Below are positions 53,677 through 57,833 of a stretch of 57,833 nucleotides of DNA, piece after piece (position 1 is the stretch's first letter; every line of letters starts with the position of its first letter). Under the pieces are notes generated by a model, which made no database searches, was not told the DNA's origin, and was given only the letters and a program-made list of their open reading frames with translations. The DNA lies in IMG/VR virus record IMGVR_UViG_3300033145_000723, positions 1 to 57,833 of that record; one strand, given 5' to 3'. This DNA is from a virus (Duplodnaviria > Caudoviricetes). The position numbers and the translations under genes were made by a program.

Positions 53677-54269
53677 TTCGTTTTCCTTCTAAACTCACCG
53701 AAGAAACGATTGTCAGAACGCACACCATTATTTACAGTTGGAGATGGAATCACACGAATGGTTTCAAAGTGTCGCTCAAATTCTTCTTGTAGTTTTGGAA
53801 ATTGATCGTTCGCATGAGACTCAAAGAAAAGCGTTCCTCCCTGGAAGAGAAGAGACGCAACCTTTGCAAGATAATGTTCAAAAGGAACCTGAGTATAGTA
53901 CCAAACGGCGAATGAAAATAAAACATCATACTTCACTTTGATACTCATAGTGACAAAGGAACCAACTTCAAAAGAGCAATTTGGAAAGGGGTAAAGATGC
54001 CGCGCGAGATCGATAGATTCAGGGTCTATATCAATCCCATGATAGCCACTACAAGACTTCGAACAGAAACGGGAGAATCCCCCGATATTGCATCCAACGT
54101 CCAGGATACTCTTGCTCTGGATGTTCTCAGGAGAGATATCGTAAAGCTTCCAACGTGTTTCCATATCACGAGTGGCACCCGCTACCCCCTCGACACTCTG
54201 GTAAAGCTCACCCGATTCTGAGAAGCGTAGTTTCTTCTTGAGATATTCCTGGATCTTACTATCCATCAT
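53673..54269 (-). CDS. Class I SAM-dependent methyltransferase
   Basis: ILDVGCNIGGF, GIDID, YDVLF, GGTLFFES. Confidence 0.88.
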   Translation of the reverse strand: MMDSKIQEYLKKKLRFSESGELYQSVEGVAGATRDMETRWKLYDISPENIQSKSILDVGCNIGGFSRFCSKSCSGYHGIDIDPESIDLARHLYPFPNCSFEVGSFVTMSIKVKYDVLFSFAVWYYTQVPFEHYLAKVASLLFQGGTLFFESHANDQFPKLQEEFERHFETIRVIPSPTVNNGVRSDNRFFGEFRRKTK

Positions 54270-54717
54270 TTACCTTTCTGAATAAGGGAACTTGAGATGA
54301 AAGATTTAACAAAAGCTCAAAGAGAAACTTTGCCAAGGGGTCAAAAAGAATTTTGCATTTCTCGTCAAGCAAAAGACAAATATGATTCTCGCTTGACATA
54401 TAAAGTTGAGCTACCTTTCCAAATGGAAACTCTGCCATCTTTTCTTTGGTGAATCCTTCCGGTGTCTTTTGCAAAGGGTTGATGACACCATCTACAATCA
54501 CAGCTTCAATTGGAAAGTCAATTCTCTTTGCTGCACATAATCGATGCGTTCCATCAATCGCTTGATAATACTCACCGCAATCAACAAGTGGAATCGGACG
54601 AAAGCACCAACCATGTCTTTGCAATAACGATGCAAACAAACTAGCTTTATTCGGATAGGCTACATGATGCCCGCTCCAAATTGGCTTGCCTTTGTATTCG
54701 TAAGAAAAAAAGTCCAT
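54259..54717 (-). CDS. ParB/Srx-like domain protein
   Basis: SLLQRHGW...PI...YQAIDGTHRLCAAK. Confidence 0.75.
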   Translation of the reverse strand: MDFFSYEYKGKPIWSGHHVAYPNKASLFASLLQRHGWCFRPIPLVDCGEYYQAIDGTHRLCAAKRIDFPIEAVIVDGVINPLQKTPEGFTKEKMAEFPFGKVAQLYMSSENHICLLLDEKCKILFDPLAKFLFELLLNLSSQVPLFRKVNDG

Positions 54718-54725
54718 GAGATTCC

Positions 54726-55478
54726 TTACAGATAATTTCTTTCCACGAGTGCCTTCAAATTTTCATGCCGATCCCATTGATGAATCACGGTAGGAACTTC
54801 ACCAGCTATATTCAAAATCTTTTCTTCGTCAACTCTAACTGTCTCTCGTGGCATATATCCCACGGTGTAAACTTCACTCTTCTCACTCTCATGAATTTCG
54901 CCAGAGAACTTTCTTTGCCGGATGATATGATTGTGACAAGATTGATCTTGTGGTTTCGTCGTGAGATGCTGCAGTCTTTTGAGTTCATGCACGAGCTTGA
55001 GTAAATGCGCCGCTACATGTTCCCGACTACCGCAGAACGTTCCAACACAAGAGATAGGGAAATTTCTCAACCGATCAAGTTCCGTTTCTCCATAACCAAT
55101 ATCAACCCAATCAGAATTGTACGGGCAAGTTCCAATTGTCATGCAACGATCTTCTTCATAAGCATGGAATCCATTCGACTTCATTAGATCAGGATTCTTT
55201 TGAAAAATTACATCTCTCGTATCGCAACAAAGAACACCGTTGCAAGATATCTGCGCAAGAGCTTCCTGAATCCAATAGAATCTTTCTGCATGCGGAAGCG
55301 TTTTTACTGGGGGAGGTGTCCGCACATCTGCATCCCAGTCTTGTGCTTCTTTCGCTGCTCCTTTCGTTGCAAAAAGAATGACGCGCTTTTGGTATCCTGT
55401 TGCACGGAGACTTTTCAAGAACGGTCTGATCTGTTCCCGATTGTAACCAACAGCCGCACCAATAATACAATCAATCAT
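54726..55478 (-). CDS. Putative GT-A glycosyltransferase
   Basis: PFLKSLR.TG, ERF, CDTRDVIFQKNP, DQ..HN, VIHQWDR. Confidence 0.75.
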   Translation of the reverse strand: MIDCIIGAAVGYNREQIRPFLKSLRATGYQKRVILFATKGAAKEAQDWDADVRTPPPVKTLPHAERFYWIQEALAQISCNGVLCCDTRDVIFQKNPDLMKSNGFHAYEEDRCMTIGTCPYNSDWVDIGYGETELDRLRNFPISCVGTFCGSREHVAAHLLKLVHELKRLQHLTTKPQDQSCHNHIIRQRKFSGEIHESEKSEVYTVGYMPRETVRVDEEKILNIAGEVPTVIHQWDRHENLKALVERNYL

Positions 55479-56128
55479 GCTCTCTCTTTCTTTACATAGA
55501 TTCCATTCCCGCCGATGGTCAAAAGTTTCTGAACGTACCCACGCTCCACAAGTAAGTTGTCAATTTCTTCTGAGGGCAACCAAATCCCTTTGTCATTCTT
55601 TCGATCCACGTTTGTCATGTCCAGTGTCTCAATGCAAACTAAATCAGGATCGAAACTCCAATCCATCCCTAGAAGAACTTTGAAATCATGTCCCTCAGTA
55701 TCAATCTGAAGGTAATCGATTTTCGGTGGCGCGTAACTTGCAAGCAATTCTTCAAGGGTAAACGTCTCTACTGTTAACGGCGGTTCATAATTGATATGCT
55801 CCCACCAATTTTCACAACTCTGCGCCCACGCTTTTTCCAAAGTGGAGACACCATCACAGGGATAAAGAGTTGCTTGACCTCTTACGTCTGAACATGCAGC
55901 TTGAATACAAGTTACACCTTTTTCATTCTGGTAAGCGGTCTGAAGAAGTGCGAACGCTTTTGGAAGTGGTTCCACTAGCATTCCGCGCCAACCCTTGACC
56001 ATTAACTCTCGTGACATACTCCCACGCTCTACTCCATCGTGTGCACCGATATCAACCAAGTAACCAATTCGGTCACCGAAAAAATCAATGATGTAGTCAA
56101 GACCTAAATCATCAGGAGCCATTTTCAA
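55475..56128 (-). CDS. FkbM-family methyltransferase
   Basis: VDIGAHDG, GWRGMLVEP, IDYLQIDTEGHDFKVL. Confidence 0.92.
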   Translation of the reverse strand: MKMAPDDLGLDYIIDFFGDRIGYLVDIGAHDGVERGSMSRELMVKGWRGMLVEPLPKAFALLQTAYQNEKGVTCIQAACSDVRGQATLYPCDGVSTLEKAWAQSCENWWEHINYEPPLTVETFTLEELLASYAPPKIDYLQIDTEGHDFKVLLGMDWSFDPDLVCIETLDMTNVDRKNDKGIWLPSEEIDNLLVERGYVQKLLTIGGNGIYVKKERA

Positions 56129-56786
56129 CTTCCTCCAACTCTACAGTAAATCCCCAAAGCTTTTTTGCATGACAATCAACCACTCGCTGCAGTAACTCTA
56201 GGGGGAGAGGTCTATACGAAAATATATCAGTCCATGGAATACGATGAACTTTTGCAATGTATCCTTCTGGAGCAAAGCGATAATGGTACCAACCCACCAT
56301 GGCATCTTCAAGAAGTTCGTAGCAATAAAACTCTGGGCTATTCGGTTCAAGATCGTGGAGCACAACCAAATCTGCAAAAGGAGAAAGGTTGATAAATGCT
56401 GGCACTCGCGCGCAAGCAAATGTATCAACGAAAAGAAAATCAACGTGTGCAATCTTCAGTTCCTCTTCATACCAATGATCTACTTTCGCAAGTTCCTCAG
56501 GTGTTAAATCTGGGCGACGAATCCCATTGTGACAGGAACCGAAAGGATGGATGGTCCATTGATGCTTTTCCGTTGCGGGGAATTTCTTCTGCATCTTTCT
56601 TGCCCACGCAACATCATGCTCAATCGAATGCAGTTGCTCTGCGCAGTCATGAAGAATTGGGGTAGAGTATTCCCCACATCCACATTCAATCACACGTTCG
56701 GGCTTCATCACTTCAGCGATTGCATAGAGAACTGGTTTATGACTACCCCATGTCTGTTCAATTTCTTTCTTGGTACTGAGTGTCAT
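56112..56786 (-). CDS. Putative SAM-dependent (glycan O-)methyltransferase
   Basis: SHKPVL, VIECGCGEYST, SIEHD..W, FLFVD...AR, VVLHD. Confidence 0.75.
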   Translation of the reverse strand: MTLSTKKEIEQTWGSHKPVLYAIAEVMKPERVIECGCGEYSTPILHDCAEQLHSIEHDVAWARKMQKKFPATEKHQWTIHPFGSCHNGIRRPDLTPEELAKVDHWYEEELKIAHVDFLFVDTFACARVPAFINLSPFADLVVLHDLEPNSPEFYCYELLEDAMVGWYHYRFAPEGYIAKVHRIPWTDIFSYRPLPLELLQRVVDCHAKKLWGFTVELEEVENGS

Positions 56787-57718
56787 TTTCTACTCCCTTG
56801 CATAACTCCACAACACCAAACTTCATTGCAGGGGCTTCCAATTTCTTTGAAGTGCCTACCCTCTAACCGATGGATCAAAAGATTTCTTGCCTCTTCTTTA
56901 TGCATTGTAACCAAAGATTTTTCCATGACGTTTCCATAAGCCTGTTCTTGATTGCTATCCATGCAACATGGATACCAATTTCCTCTTGGAGAAATGAACG
57001 CTTCATTTTTAACTCGTGGGAGCATAGGGCACTGATAATTTTTTGGATCGCGTTCGATGGAACCACGTTCAGCCCATGCGAATGGTTTTGCTTGATTCAC
57101 TCCCACGGTATACGGTAACCATTCCAAACTCTTTTCCACTTCCTCAAATGAACTACTCTCCAAAGGAACCACTTTCAATTTCTGGGGGAGCTTACCGAAG
57201 TGCTTCAAGACTGCTTCAGTATAATCGTCAAGAGTAAGAACAGAAACCGCAAGTTGCGTCTCCCCTCCAGTATGCTCTTTCTCTCCCAAAAAATCTTTGA
57301 TGTTGCAAAACACTCGCGCAAGATTCAATCCCTTCTGAACAAAGTTAGTCTCGCGGTTGTGTCCGTCAATGTTCGTATGGATCACATCAATCAATCCCTC
57401 TTTCAAAATCACTCGTGACATTCGTTTTTGGAGATGACTGAAATTCGTTGCCATACTCATGCGCACTTTTGGCATCTTCCCTCGAATGAATCTGAGGATG
57501 GAGAGGAAAGCAGGATTAAGTGGGGCATCACCATTTTCCCCTACCTGAATTGTGTGAACCTCCCACGGGAAATCCTCTTGCACTACTTCGTTAATGACTC
57601 GTTGCGCTACTGTCAGCGGCATGTCTTCGTATTCATTTTTCCCCCTGTCCTCTGGACAGAAGACGCAGCTTGCAGTACAACGATTTGAAAGTGAAAGGTT
57701 CAAGCTAGTTATCGGCAC
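56783..57718 (-). CDS. Radical SAM protein with SPASM/twitch domain
   Basis: CTASCVFC, NGDAPL, TN, QCP...GNWYPCCMD...YGNV...PCNEVWC. Confidence 0.88.
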   Translation of the reverse strand: MPITSLNLSLSNRCTASCVFCPEDRGKNEYEDMPLTVAQRVINEVVQEDFPWEVHTIQVGENGDAPLNPAFLSILRFIRGKMPKVRMSMATNFSHLQKRMSRVILKEGLIDVIHTNIDGHNRETNFVQKGLNLARVFCNIKDFLGEKEHTGGETQLAVSVLTLDDYTEAVLKHFGKLPQKLKVVPLESSSFEEVEKSLEWLPYTVGVNQAKPFAWAERGSIERDPKNYQCPMLPRVKNEAFISPRGNWYPCCMDSNQEQAYGNVMEKSLVTMHKEEARNLLIHRLEGRHFKEIGSPCNEVWCCGVMQGSRK

Positions 57719-57833
57719 GAGATATCCTTTCCATGTCCAGGAAACTTCTTGTCTCTTCTCTCCTCAAAAAGTTTCTTACCAGCTTTCCATTTGTCGAGAG
57801 CTTGCATCAAGTGAGGGGGTCTCTTCCCTCCCT

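Noticed and set aside
1-57833. Stop-codon reassignment or integrated prophage boundaries
   Set aside because: Core genes are full length in the standard code, and no integrase, att site or host housekeeping gene is visible.

Overview
The window is most of the genome of a long-tailed (siphovirus-type) dsDNA bacteriophage; no host genes, integrase, tRNAs or CRISPR array are visible. Minus strand 1-25.6 kb: late/morphogenesis operon (TerS, TerL, DUF1073-type portal, MuF minor head protein with a C-terminal HEXXH domain, DUF2213-type protease/scaffold, decoration protein, encapsulin-like HK97 major capsid protein, head-tail joining genes, tail tube, frameshifted tail chaperones, start of tape measure). 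It also carries an inserted GDP-L-fucose synthase, a Maf/GT29-like enzyme, a four-repeat lectin-like protein and a holin/spanin-like cassette. 25.6-27.7 kb: divergent control region with an RHH regulator, an origin-like inverted repeat, a sigma70-like promoter plus boxA, and a ~520-nt non-coding stretch that folds by eye into an elaborate RNA with a duplicated covarying hairpin module and a possible pseudoknot. Plus strand 27.7-51 kb: early genes behind a repeated leader element, then a replication/recombination module (ParB, B12-type radical SAM, SNF2 helicase, RuvC, divergent family-4 UDG, PD-(D/E)xK exonuclease, Sak4-like ATPase, DUF669 SSB, PolA with unusual active-site residues, primase-helicase, clamp-like protein, gmd). 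Minus strand 51-57.8 kb: a glycan-tailoring cluster (glycosyltransferases, methyltransferases, sulfotransferase, radical SAM/SPASM). The best candidates for new biology are the large structured RNA, a phage-encoded pathway for a fucosylated/methylated/sulfated (probably virion) glycan, and a possible DNA-modification module. All assignments come from motif recognition by eye; no searches or folding programs were run.
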